From an uncultured Methanoregulaceae archaeon (GTDB lineage: Archaea > Halobacteriota > Methanomicrobia > Methanomicrobiales > Methanospirillaceae), in assembly GCA_963841015.1 (NCBI GenBank), contig CAWJAX010000002.1, positions 256,001 through 320,000 of the forward strand: a stretch of 64,000 nt of DNA. Reading direction: 5' to 3'. Under the pieces are notes generated by a model, which was given only the letters and a program-made list of their open reading frames with translations, was not told where the DNA came from and did not search any database. Both the position numbers and the translations under genes were made by a program. Of this stretch, positions 1-9,395 are shown piece by piece; the first letter of the stretch is position 1; each line of letters opens with the position of its first letter.

Positions 1-1
1 T

Positions 2-808
2 ACGGACCATATCGATTTTTACCTGCTCCACGGGCTTGGTCGTACATCGTGGATTAACATGGTCAATCTCAACATCGGGGAATTTCTCGACCAGGCAATT
101 GCCGATGGCAGGATACGCCACGCCGGATTCTCGTTCCACGATCAAGTACAGGCCTTTAAAGAGATCGTGGATGACTACCCCTGGACCTTTGCCCAGATCC
201 AGTACAATTACATGGACGAGGAGTACCAGGCAGGCACCGAAGGGCTGAATTATGCTGCCGGGAAAGGGCTCGGGATCGTGATCATGGAACCGCTCCGCGG
301 CGGGGTGCTGGCCCGGGAGACTGCAGAGACAAAGAAGCTCTGGGCGTCAGGTGGACACTCCCGCCCGGTGGCTGAATGGGGCTTGCGGTGGCTCTGGAAC
401 CGCCCGGAAATTACCGTTGTGCTCTCCGGCATGAGCACGATGCAGCAGGTAAAGGATAACCTGAGCTCTGCAAACAGAGGTAAACCTTTGTCGCTGACAA
501 AAGATGATCTTGCAGTATATGAAACCGTGAAAACCTTCTACCGGAGCAGGATGAAAATACCCTGCACGAAGTGCCGGTACTGCATGCCGTGCATGGCCGG
601 CGTGGAGATCCCGGAGTGCTTTGCCGCTTTTAATGATGCGGCTGTCTTTAGCGATACGGCAGCGGCAAAGTTTTCCTATGATGCCTTCACCGGTTGTGGC
701 GGTGATGCATCACAGTGCCAGGACTGCGGGGTATGCGAAAGTCTCTGTCCCCAGCATCTCCCGATACGGAAACACTTACAAGAGGTCTCCGCATTGTTCG
801 GGCACTAA
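2..808 (+). CDS. Aldo/keto reductase with C-terminal 4Fe-4S dicluster domain (5' end outside the window)
   Basis: The frame is open from base 2 (TDHIDFYLLHGL). It contains GRIRHAGFSFHD, QIQYNY and IMEPLRGG, plus C-terminal CTKCRYCMPC and CQDCGVCESLCPQ. Confidence 0.92.
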   Translation, partial: TDHIDFYLLHGLGRTSWINMVNLNIGEFLDQAIADGRIRHAGFSFHDQVQAFKEIVDDYPWTFAQIQYNYMDEEYQAGTEGLNYAAGKGLGIVIMEPLRGGVLARETAETKKLWASGGHSRPVAEWGLRWLWNRPEITVVLSGMSTMQQVKDNLSSANRGKPLSLTKDDLAVYETVKTFYRSRMKIPCTKCRYCMPCMAGVEIPECFAAFNDAAVFSDTAAAKFSYDAFTGCGGDASQCQDCGVCESLCPQHLPIRKHLQEVSALFGH

Positions 809-825
809 CCTATACGAGAAGAACC

Positions 826-1737
826 ATGCGCATCGGTTACCCCTGCATCAACCGCTCGATTGGCTGCACTGCTTCCCGCACGTTCCGGCTTGCGTCCTAC
901 ACTGAAGAGCGGATGAGGGAAACCGTTCACGGGAACCTGGACTGTCTGGAAAAGATCCTCGCTTATAATAGAATGCATGGCATGCTCTTCTTCCGGATCA
1001 CGTCCGATCTCGTGCCGTTTGCCTCGCACCCGGTCTGCACCTTTCCCTGGCAGGAAGAGTTCGCAGGGATGTTTGAAAAAATCGGCGACTACATCCGGCG
1101 ATGCGGATTCCGGATATCCATGCACCCGGACCAGTTCGTCCTCCTCAATGCACCGGACACAGGTATACTTCAGCGCAGCATTAACGATCTCGTGTACCAG
1201 GTGCAGGTGCTTGACCTGATGGGACTTGACAGGTCGGCAAAAGTCCAGGTTCATGTCGGGGGTGTTTATGGCGACAAACCGGCGAGCATCGACCGGTTTG
1301 TGAAACAGTATGACCTGCTCGACACGACTATCAGGGACCGGCTGGTGATTGAGAACGATGAACGGCTATATACCCTGAGTGACTGCCTCGCCATTCACGA
1401 GCGGACCGGTATTCCCGTCATCGCAGACACATTCCACCATTCCCTCTATAATAACGGGGAGCAGTTTACAACCCTGCTCGATCCTGTCCGGAAAACCTGG
1501 AAAGCCTGCGATGGAATTCCGATGGTCGATTACAGCTCGCAGGAACCAGGGAAACGCGTGGGGGCACATGCCCTGCACATCGAAGCAGAAGACTTCCGGC
1601 AGTTCCTGAGGCAAACCAGTCCTGCGGACTTTGACATCATGCTCGAGATCAAGGACAAGGAGAAGAGTGCCCTGGCAGCACTCGGGATTGCCAGGGATGA
1701 TCCACGGCTGGTTACCGGGATTTTGGGCGATGCGTGA
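826..1737 (+). CDS. uvsE: UV DNA damage repair endonuclease UvsE
   Basis: The N-terminus is MRIGYPCIN, with FFRITSDLVPFASHP, RISMHPDQF, HVGG, LVIENDE and DIMLEIKDKE motifs. Start set to the ATG at 826. Confidence 0.93.
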   Translation: MRIGYPCINRSIGCTASRTFRLASYTEERMRETVHGNLDCLEKILAYNRMHGMLFFRITSDLVPFASHPVCTFPWQEEFAGMFEKIGDYIRRCGFRISMHPDQFVLLNAPDTGILQRSINDLVYQVQVLDLMGLDRSAKVQVHVGGVYGDKPASIDRFVKQYDLLDTTIRDRLVIENDERLYTLSDCLAIHERTGIPVIADTFHHSLYNNGEQFTTLLDPVRKTWKACDGIPMVDYSSQEPGKRVGAHALHIEAEDFRQFLRQTSPADFDIMLEIKDKEKSALAALGIARDDPRLVTGILGDA

Positions 1738-1773
1738 GCTTATCAGATCTCCCTGCCTATCGTACAGGCACTC

Positions 1774-2334
1774 ATGGATCTCCTGACCCCGGCCCTTATT
1801 GGAATCGGCCTCTCGATGGACTGTTTTGCCGTGTCGCTTGCCATCGGCACGACCACAAAAACACGGCTCATCTACGCTGCAGCCATCATTGCCCTCTGCT
1901 TTGGTGCATTCCAGGCCGGTATGACGGTTATCGGCTGGGCAGCCGGGGTATCCTTGATCGGGCTCATCTCAGCGTACGATCACTGGATTGCCTTCATTCT
2001 TCTCGCAATTGTTGGCGGGAAAATGATCTGGGAAGGTTTACGGGGAGACGATGATGAAGCACCCATTGAAGTAATCCGGATTATTCCGGTGATCATTCTC
2101 TCGTTTGCCACCAGCATCGATGCCCTGGCCGTTGGCATAAGTTTCGGGGTGCTCCAGACGGCAGTGCTCATCCCGGCGCTCATCATCGGTATCGTCTGTT
2201 TCGGGATCTCCTTTGCCGGGGTCATGCTCGGTGAGCGGCTCGAAACATTCCTTGGCAAAAAAATGGAAATTTTTGGTGGGATTATCCTGATTCTGATCGG
2301 TATCAGAATTCTCACTGAGCACCTGTTTAGCTGA
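1774..2334 (+). CDS. mntP: Manganese efflux pump MntP family
   Basis: It has two DUF204-type repeats (LSMDCFAVS and ATSIDALAVG), a DHWIAFILL segment and six hydrophobic segments. Confidence 0.92.
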   Translation: MDLLTPALIGIGLSMDCFAVSLAIGTTTKTRLIYAAAIIALCFGAFQAGMTVIGWAAGVSLIGLISAYDHWIAFILLAIVGGKMIWEGLRGDDDEAPIEVIRIIPVIILSFATSIDALAVGISFGVLQTAVLIPALIIGIVCFGISFAGVMLGERLETFLGKKMEIFGGIILILIGIRILTEHLFS

Positions 2335-2360
2335 GTGATTTGCTCAGGCTTGTACATCGC

Positions 2361-2449
2361 GAACGATGAAGTGGAGGCAATACCTGCCCCCGCTCTTCCG
2401 CCCTGCTCTTTTTGCGAAGATGACACAATACCTTTTCATGAAAATTGCA
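2361..2449 (-). repeat. Dispersed intergenic repeat, diverged copy D
   Basis: The reverse complement (tgcaattttcatgaaaaggtattgtgtcatcttcgc...gggcggaagagcgggggcaggtattgcctccacttcatcgttc) aligns by eye to 9103-9195. Confidence 0.7.
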
Positions 2450-2893
2450 GTTGGGGGGTGAGATTGACTGGCGTGAACCCGTAGCAAGCGTTCATTTTTT
2501 TTACATTTTCTGCGTAAATTACCCTATTCAGATATGATGCCGGATTCTTACCCCTTTATCAATCAATTATGACGAGTGCCGCCGCCCCCGAAGGGGCGCC
2601 CCCGCGGCGGATCAATTACGAAATTTAAAAAAAAACATTCCTACCCGCCGTGCCTCGGAGAGGCCCTGATCCGTGGGTCCTTCGTATAAATGCGATTTTA
2701 TTGTCCGGCGATGAACTCAATCGATTCATCCCTGTTTCTCCAGAGCTGACATGACGAATACTCGTTTTTTCCCAATCCCCGCGATTTAATCACCCTGATA
2801 CTGAAAAAACGTCTCGTATTTCACGAGAAATGTAAGGAAAAAAGAGCGGATGCAAAGATGCATCCGTTGTGTTTTTTGATCTATGAGGACTGA

Positions 2894-3349
2894 TTACCAG
2901 ACCTCAGGAAAGGCCATGTTGGTGTAGATGTCCTCGAGACGGGCCTTGTGTCCGCTCTCCATGTTTGCGAGCTGGGAAAAGAGCAGCTTCTGCTCGGTAT
3001 CGGTTGAGAGATTCGCAAGCTGGGTGTACATCTGCATTGCTTCAAGTTCCTTCTTGATTGACACAACAATGCCGTCGAGAGGTTTCATGTCAGCAGAGAG
3101 TGGCGGGCTTGGCATTGCATTTACTATTTTGTAATCCGCCTTTGCATCAAAGTGCATCTTGGTGACGTCCTTGGTGAGCATTCCCTGTAAAAACTCCCGG
3201 TGCTGTTTCTCCTCTCCAGCGAGTTCGGCGAAGAGTTTTTTGAGTGCCGGATCTTTTACCTTGTCAGCGACGGTTCGGTAAAATGTGTACGCTTCGACTT
3301 CCCTGTCGATAGCAGTTGAAATGATTTTCTTTGCATCTTCTGTCTTCAT
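2894..3349 (-). CDS. Rubrerythrin-like / ferritin-like diiron protein
   Basis: It has two helix pairs with E..A..Y and ExxH motifs (EEKQH, ESGH). Confidence 0.88.
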   Translation of the reverse strand: MKTEDAKKIISTAIDREVEAYTFYRTVADKVKDPALKKLFAELAGEEKQHREFLQGMLTKDVTKMHFDAKADYKIVNAMPSPPLSADMKPLDGIVVSIKKELEAMQMYTQLANLSTDTEQKLLFSQLANMESGHKARLEDIYTNMAFPEVW

Positions 3350-3524
3350 GTCTATGCTCCTTTATAACGTAAAATATTACCAATTACCCTATATAAGAAC
3401 ATTGGTTTTGGACCAACGGACACAATTCTTCCGAGAGAATAGTGAACAATGCCTGGTAGTTAAGGAAAAGGAATTCCATCATATCGAAAAAAAGTATGGA
3501 ACAGAGGAAGGAAGGCAGCGTGAA

Positions 3525-4602
3525 TCAATCATTTTCCTTTTTTCTCCAGACATGAATCACCCAGAGTAATGAAACTGCCGTGGCTAGAATAGTGGAGAAA
3601 ACAAGCAACGGAACGTACCACGACTGTTCACCCATCGTCCCTCCCATAACCCCGCTTCCTGCTATAGTCGCAATGGTATTTGGTACCAGCAGTGCCGTAC
3701 CGAGCACAGTAAGATACGCAGTAACCAGTGCAAACCGGTTATTCACGCTCTGGAGCTGGTTATTATAGATACTCTGCATCACTTCAAGCCCGGATGAAAG
3801 CACGTTGGACATCTGCTCCGAGAGGCTCGATGTGACGGTCGATGTTGTCTGATAATATTCCTATCCGTCCAAGAAGTTTCTCGTCGTTTGTGATCAGGTC
3901 AGAGTCCCCGTACCGCAGCGAATCGACCACGTCTTTGGTTGCCCAGAGCACGTTTAAATAATCGATCAGCACGTGCTTCATGCGGTAAATGTCATGGGCG
4001 ATCTTTTTCTTGGCAACGTTTTCTTCGATGAGTGATTTGCTGATAGCATCCCCATGCATCTCGATCTCGCGGAGGTACTCGAAGTTGCGGTCATTATTCT
4101 CATCAATGATCCGTTCCAGGACCATGGTGATTTTGTCCACGAGAGGCGAATCGGTAATTTTTTTGAAAAACTGCGGGGCGTACCGCGAAAACCTCAGGAG
4201 CCGGTTGATCTCTTCGGAGTGGACCGTCAGGATGAAGTTGTCGCGGATAAGGACGAAGAGCGGGTGCACTGACATCTTCTCTGCCCGAACGGTTGCCGAA
4301 GGGAGCATGATGCCCAGCTCAGTGTCATAATCTTCGTACGCCGAATAAAAACCGGTGGTCAGTTTCGGGATTGGGATACGGGAAAAACCAGCAACCTGGG
4401 CGATATTTTCGATCTCTTTGTCATCTTCTTTGGTGCTGCAGTCTATCCAGGCGATACTTGCGTCGCTGATGGCAGTAAGATATTCTCCAAGAGGGCGGTC
4501 CACCAGCCGTTCGATCCTGCCATCCTTAAAGAGGACGATGCAGAAACTTAACGGGATTTGCCCGTTGTCCTGGGATTTTTGCGGGGTTATTTGCATTTTC
4601 AT
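3525..4602 (-). pseudogene. corA: CorA family Mg2+/Co2+ transporter, split by a +1 frameshift near 3824 (probable sequencing error)
   Basis: ORF 3784-4602 (cytoplasmic domain) and ORF 3525-3812 (two TM helices) join as RHIE-L-SEQMSNVL if one base is removed from AGAGGCTCG. Confidence 0.8.
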
Positions 4603-4757
4603 GACTGCGCCTCATGAACTCCGGCGGACATTTTTGTGCCGTGTGTCACGGGAGTTATTGATGCCGAAATGGTATATAGGTGGCGGGGTTTTAGGGGTTT
4701 TTTCCCGTTATGACAGGGTGTCGGAATCCTTATTATCCGGTAAGCACCTGACCGGTT

Positions 4758-5363
4758 ATGCATTCTTGCAGGTCATTGATCCTGACAGTAATCATCATCA
4801 TTGTTGTTCTTGCAGGCGGGTGTATCTCATCTGCCCCTTCTTCTCCGGTATCTCCCGCACCATCAAAACCTGCGGACCAGGGTGCATCATCCACAGCTCC
4901 CCCTGGAGCGTTTTCGATTCGGGCTGCTTCCCTTGTACCTGGATCAGTTCTTCCTGATGTCTACACCTGCAAGGGTACAAGCGAATCGCCTGAGGTTACC
5001 TGGGACGGTGTTCCTGCCGGTACAAAAAGTCTTGCCCTTATTCTCGACGATCCCGATGCATCAGGTGGCAGGTTTACCCACTGGCTCGTGTTCAATATTC
5101 CCCCGGACTCCCGTGAGTTACCCCGGGCACAGCCGAATGCAAAAGTGCTTGCCAACGGTGCACAGCAGGGAGCAAACAGCGCAGGTTCACGGGGATATTA
5201 CCCCCCCTGCCCGCCAATCGGGACAACCCACCGGTACGTGTTCAGATTGTATGCCGTTGATATGGACATCACCCAGCCGACAGCAGACCGTGAATCTATT
5301 GACTGGGCACTGACCGGGCATACCCTCGCACAGGCTGAGTTTACCACGACATTCAAACGTTAA
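4758..5363 (+). CDS. YbhB/YbcL (PEBP, Raf kinase inhibitor-like) lipoprotein
   Basis: It has a signal peptide with lipobox LAGGC and the motifs DDPDA, FTHWLVFNIP and GYYPPCPP..THRYVFRLYAVD. Confidence 0.92.
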   Translation: MHSCRSLILTVIIIIVVLAGGCISSAPSSPVSPAPSKPADQGASSTAPPGAFSIRAASLVPGSVLPDVYTCKGTSESPEVTWDGVPAGTKSLALILDDPDASGGRFTHWLVFNIPPDSRELPRAQPNAKVLANGAQQGANSAGSRGYYPPCPPIGTTHRYVFRLYAVDMDITQPTADRESIDWALTGHTLAQAEFTTTFKR

Positions 5364-5404
5364 GGGTTTTTTAGCGCAGGTTAATTCTATCGTGTTTAAA
5401 AAAA

Positions 5405-5495
5405 CCATTGAAAAATGGAGTAAACCTTGCCCGTCCCCCCATTCCGCCCCTCTGCTTAGCGATGATACCGTAGTAACTGTTCTGGGATTATCGTA
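5405..5495 (-). repeat. Dispersed intergenic repeat, copy E
   Basis: The reverse complement (cgataatcccagaacagttactacggtatcatcgctaagcagaggggcggaatggggggacgggca) aligns to 9107-9175. Confidence 0.78.
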
Positions 5496-5586
5496 TATGT
5501 CGGGGAACCACAGCGGCGGGGGGAAACCCCCGTGAGCGTAGAGATTGTTCTTTCGCACTTCTCAAAAGAGTGATCGATTCCGTGTT

Positions 5587-6801
5587 TTACCTCCCGCCCC
5601 GCACCGAGAAGATAAAAACAACCGTGACGGTAATGGCCAGGAGAAAACTCACCAGGAATCCTGTGGTATATCCGACGGCAGTTATGATGATCCCCGTAAT
5701 GAGCGGCCCCGCAGAATGCCCGATGTCCATGGTAGAAGAGAGTGCCCCCATGGAAGCCCCGATCTGCTCTTTATGGGCGATATCTGCGATATAAGCGCTG
5801 GTTGCCGCGGTGGAGAGGGACATCCCGATCCCGAGCGTGGCACTTACCAGGAGAAACAGGGTAAACGATGACACGAGCGGAATTGCGGCGACGGAACAAC
5901 CGAGGATGACAAGCCCTGCAGCGATCTGGATGCGTTTGTCGAAACGGTCAGCGAGTTTCCCAAAGAACGGTTTGGTCCCGGCGATGATCAGGACCTGGAC
6001 AGCAAAGATGATCCCGGTCTGGACGGCTGTGATCCCCCGAGATGCAAGAACGAGCGGAAGGAACGTCTCAAACGCCCCGAACGCAAAATACGTTGCCATA
6101 TCAACAAGAGCCGTGGCACGGAGCCTGGCATGGGAAAAGAACGCTGCAAAACTCTCGCGGAAGCGAGACAACGGGACAAGGCCGGGCAGTGCTGTGCGGT
6201 CATCGCGGTACATGAGTGTCAGGATCAGGACAGGAACAGCTGCAAACGCGGCAACCAGGTAAACAATACGATACGCTGTCAACCCGGGCCAGAACACGAA
6301 ATACGAGATAATTATCCCACCGATAACCGGGGCTATGGTCCTTCCTGTCAGTGTCGCCGATGAGAACTGTCCCAGTATTGCACCTTTGGTATCAGGAAAC
6401 CGTTCTGCGATTACTGCAGAGATAACCGGAACGAGGATTGCAGTGGCGGTGCCGTGGAAGAACCGGACGGGGATAAGCCAGACAGGATCCGTGATGAAAA
6501 GATAGCACAGCGGGGCAGCCAAAAACACCACGCCCGAGGTGATGAGAAGTTTCCTTCTCCCTGAATTATCCGAGAGCACCCCGACCGGAAACGAGAACAG
6601 GATCCCGGCGAGCGGCGAAACTGCTGCAATCAGCCCGATCACTGCATCATCTGCGCCAAGTGCCTGCGAAAAGAGCGATAGTACCGGGTTTTTTGAGATA
6701 GTAGTAGAAAATATCGCAAAGAAACCCAGCAGGAACAGGTACCAGACGATGTTGCGATCCGGGGAGAATTTTTCTTGTGAACTGATTTTCGTGGGGGACA
6801 T
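5587..6801 (-). CDS. MFS transporter
   Basis: It has about 12 hydrophobic segments and motif A in both halves (GVLSDNSGRR, GKLADRFDKR). Confidence 0.92.
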   Translation of the reverse strand: MSPTKISSQEKFSPDRNIVWYLFLLGFFAIFSTTISKNPVLSLFSQALGADDAVIGLIAAVSPLAGILFSFPVGVLSDNSGRRKLLITSGVVFLAAPLCYLFITDPVWLIPVRFFHGTATAILVPVISAVIAERFPDTKGAILGQFSSATLTGRTIAPVIGGIIISYFVFWPGLTAYRIVYLVAAFAAVPVLILTLMYRDDRTALPGLVPLSRFRESFAAFFSHARLRATALVDMATYFAFGAFETFLPLVLASRGITAVQTGIIFAVQVLIIAGTKPFFGKLADRFDKRIQIAAGLVILGCSVAAIPLVSSFTLFLLVSATLGIGMSLSTAATSAYIADIAHKEQIGASMGALSSTMDIGHSAGPLITGIIITAVGYTTGFLVSFLLAITVTVVFIFSVRGGR

Positions 6802-6875
6802 GACATTCCGGTATCGGGAGGTATTTTTAAATTCAGGTTTGCGGATAACGATCAGGATCGAGGGTCATAGTGCAC

Positions 6876-7964
6876 TCATTCCAGGGTTCGCCGGTACGTT
6901 CCAATACCGAGGATAAACATTGCACCGGAAAATATCAGTAATGCAACAAGATCTGTCCAGATGACATCGAGACCCTGCCCGCGGAGAATAATCCCCCGAA
7001 GTGCATCCACTCCGTAATATTCAGGATTAATTACTGTTATCCAGCGCAGCCAGTCAGGCATCCCGATTACCGGATAGAACGCTCCTGAAGTCATAAACAG
7101 GATCAGGTTCAGAAATGCGACTACTGAAGCATACTCCTGCTGGGCGGAGAACCGTGATGCAAAAGATACCACCAGACTAGTGACGCCGATACACGCGATG
7201 AGGATCACCAGAATCACCAGCAGGAGATTTTGCAGGCCCCGGATTACGATGCCGGTGATCAGGATATCAATCAAAAAAATGGTAAATCCCGCAATAAACG
7301 CTCTCACGGTACCGCTGGAAATAATCCCGGCAATGATGCTTGTGCGCTGCACGGGAGTGACCAGGTAACCCTCGTGGATTCCCGCTTCCCGATCCTTGAT
7401 CAGGGCGATCCCGCCCCCAAACATCGTGGAGGTAAAAATTGCCATCATGATCACACCAACGCCAAAGAACTGCAGGTACGTGATATCCCCGTAAATTTTA
7501 TAGACGATAACCGGATTACCTGCCCCGAGCAGTGCAAGAACCCTGCGCACCGCTGATTCGACAAGAGGGGGGATTATGGTGTTTGAACTGTCAACATACA
7601 GCCGGACTGCATGATCATTGGATATTGCAGACGGAAAAACGACCACTGCAGACAGTTTTCCTTTGGCAAGATCCTCCCTTGCCGTAGTTTCATCGGTGTA
7701 TACCGTGACATCCAGCAGTTTTTCAGCATCTTTCTGGGGGATATGATTAAGCAATACCACCGCCTGGGTAAACAGCTGGGTATCCTCATAGGGCGGCATT
7801 TCCTGGACAGCCCCGACAGGAATATGACTGAGGGTCCCGCCAAATGCATTGCCAAAGATGACCAGATACATGATAGGCATCATCAGGGTCATGATGACCA
7901 CAAACGGGTTACTCAAAAATTTCCGGAAATCCCGTTTGAAGATTGCGACCGCACCCCGGATCAT
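6876..7964 (-). CDS. ABC-2 type transporter permease
   Basis: It has an N-terminal TM helix, an extracellular domain and the ABC2 motifs DREAG..EGYLVTP, SGAFYP and INPEYYGVDALR. Confidence 0.92.
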   Translation of the reverse strand: MIRGAVAIFKRDFRKFLSNPFVVIMTLMMPIMYLVIFGNAFGGTLSHIPVGAVQEMPPYEDTQLFTQAVVLLNHIPQKDAEKLLDVTVYTDETTAREDLAKGKLSAVVVFPSAISNDHAVRLYVDSSNTIIPPLVESAVRRVLALLGAGNPVIVYKIYGDITYLQFFGVGVIMMAIFTSTMFGGGIALIKDREAGIHEGYLVTPVQRTSIIAGIISSGTVRAFIAGFTIFLIDILITGIVIRGLQNLLLVILVILIACIGVTSLVVSFASRFSAQQEYASVVAFLNLILFMTSGAFYPVIGMPDWLRWITVINPEYYGVDALRGIILRGQGLDVIWTDLVALLIFSGAMFILGIGTYRRTLE

Positions 7965-9037
7965 GACAGTCGTCCCCCATCTGCAGGTTTTTGCTTGTGA
8001 TTTCCGCCATCGTCCAGTTTTTTACCGGTGAGATGGATGAAAACATCTTCGAGTGAAGGCGACCGTATCGATATGGATGTCATCGGGGTGGAAAATTTTT
8101 CAAATACGGTGATAATTTCAGGTAATAACCTGCTCCCGTTTTTTGCAGAGATGATGAGTTTTTGATCCTTGACCTCAACGGAATTGATATGGGTATTCTG
8201 TCGCAGAACCGGCAGCATATTCTCGTCAAGTGCATCAAAACCAATCTCAATCAGGTCCCCTGCGGGAATCAGTTGTTTCAGGTTTTCCAGGACGTCAAGT
8301 GCGATAAGCCGTCCTTTATCAACAAATGCGATGCGATTACAGAGCTTTTCTGCTTCGTCCATGTAGTGCGTGGTGAGGATGATGGTTGTCTTTTCATCAT
8401 TCAGTTTTGAAATCTGCTGCCAGACTTCGTGCCGGGCCTCCGGGTCGAGTCCTATAGTCGGTTCATCGAGAAAGAGGATGAGGGGATGATGAATAAAAGC
8501 GCGGACAATCTCCAGCTTCCGTCGCATACCCCCGGAAAATGTCTGGACTTTCATGTGGGCACGGTCGGTCAGGTCAGCCATCGCAAGGAGCTCCCTGATC
8601 CTCCGGTCCAGGATGTTTTCGTCAACGTTTACCAGTGTTCCGTAAAATTCAAGGTTGTCGTATGCGGTAAGTTCAACATCCAGCGTGCTGTTCTGCGGGC
8701 AGACCCCGATGATACTCCGGATCTTTTCCGGGTTCTGGATAATATCATAGGTATCAACGCATGCAGTGCCGCTTGTCGGGAGGAGCAGGGTAGTCAGCAC
8801 CCGGATAAGCGTACTTTTTCCCGCGCCGTTCGGCCCCAGAAGACCGAAGATCTCTCCTCTCCTGACTTCAAGGGTGATATTGTCGACAGCAGTTACCGTA
8901 CGATTCTTTTCGCGAAAGATTTTTGAAAGGTGGTCAGTTCGGATAATGCTGGAAGAATCGGGAAGAGTGCTGCAGCTGGTGATGGGGATTACCGGATCCA
9001 GGTCGGGACCCTTTTGGCTCACTGCAGGGGGACTCAT
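7961..9037 (-). CDS. ABC transporter ATP-binding protein (DrrA-like)
   Basis: It has Walker A GPNGAGKS, signature FSGGM, Walker B LFLDEPT, TTHYMDEA and a C-terminal PSLEDVF. Confidence 0.95.
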   Translation of the reverse strand: MSPPAVSQKGPDLDPVIPITSCSTLPDSSSIIRTDHLSKIFREKNRTVTAVDNITLEVRRGEIFGLLGPNGAGKSTLIRVLTTLLLPTSGTACVDTYDIIQNPEKIRSIIGVCPQNSTLDVELTAYDNLEFYGTLVNVDENILDRRIRELLAMADLTDRAHMKVQTFSGGMRRKLEIVRAFIHHPLILFLDEPTIGLDPEARHEVWQQISKLNDEKTTIILTTHYMDEAEKLCNRIAFVDKGRLIALDVLENLKQLIPAGDLIEIGFDALDENMLPVLRQNTHINSVEVKDQKLIISAKNGSRLLPEIITVFEKFSTPMTSISIRSPSLEDVFIHLTGKKLDDGGNHKQKPADGGRLS

Positions 9038-9093
9038 ATCGGACTAATCTGATGGTTCGTTTCGGCAATACTAAAATCTCTGCTTTTTTTTGG

Positions 9094-9302
9094 GGCTCTC
9101 CCGATGCGATAACTCCTTGAACAGGTGCTACGTCATCATCGCTCAGCGCAGGGGCGGCATGGGGGGACAGGTACTGTCCCCTCCTTCATTCGTACCAGCA
9201 TCCTGAATTTCATATCAATGGAATAGGAATTACCATGAAAAACCCACAGTTATTCATCCATGTTTGCCTGAGTCCATGACTCATGTGCGTTTCTCCAGAG
9301 CC
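9094..9302 (+). repeat. Dispersed intergenic repeat, copy A (core 9103-9234; possible MITE bounded by GGCTCT...AGAGCC)
   Basis: It is about 80% identical by eye to 57706-57830 over ~120 bp and contains the hairpin GGGGACAG-GTA-CTGTCCCC. Confidence 0.85.
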
Positions 9303-9395
9303 CTTCTTTATCCATTTTAAGACTGTGGAAAATGATTATCCGTCTTCAATGACAATGCTGGTCAACAAAAGGATCCATTCTGGAAGGAGAGCACC

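Noticed and set aside
1738-1773. yybP-ykoY Mn riboswitch upstream of mntP
   Set aside because: The gap is only 36 nt, and no matching structure was seen.
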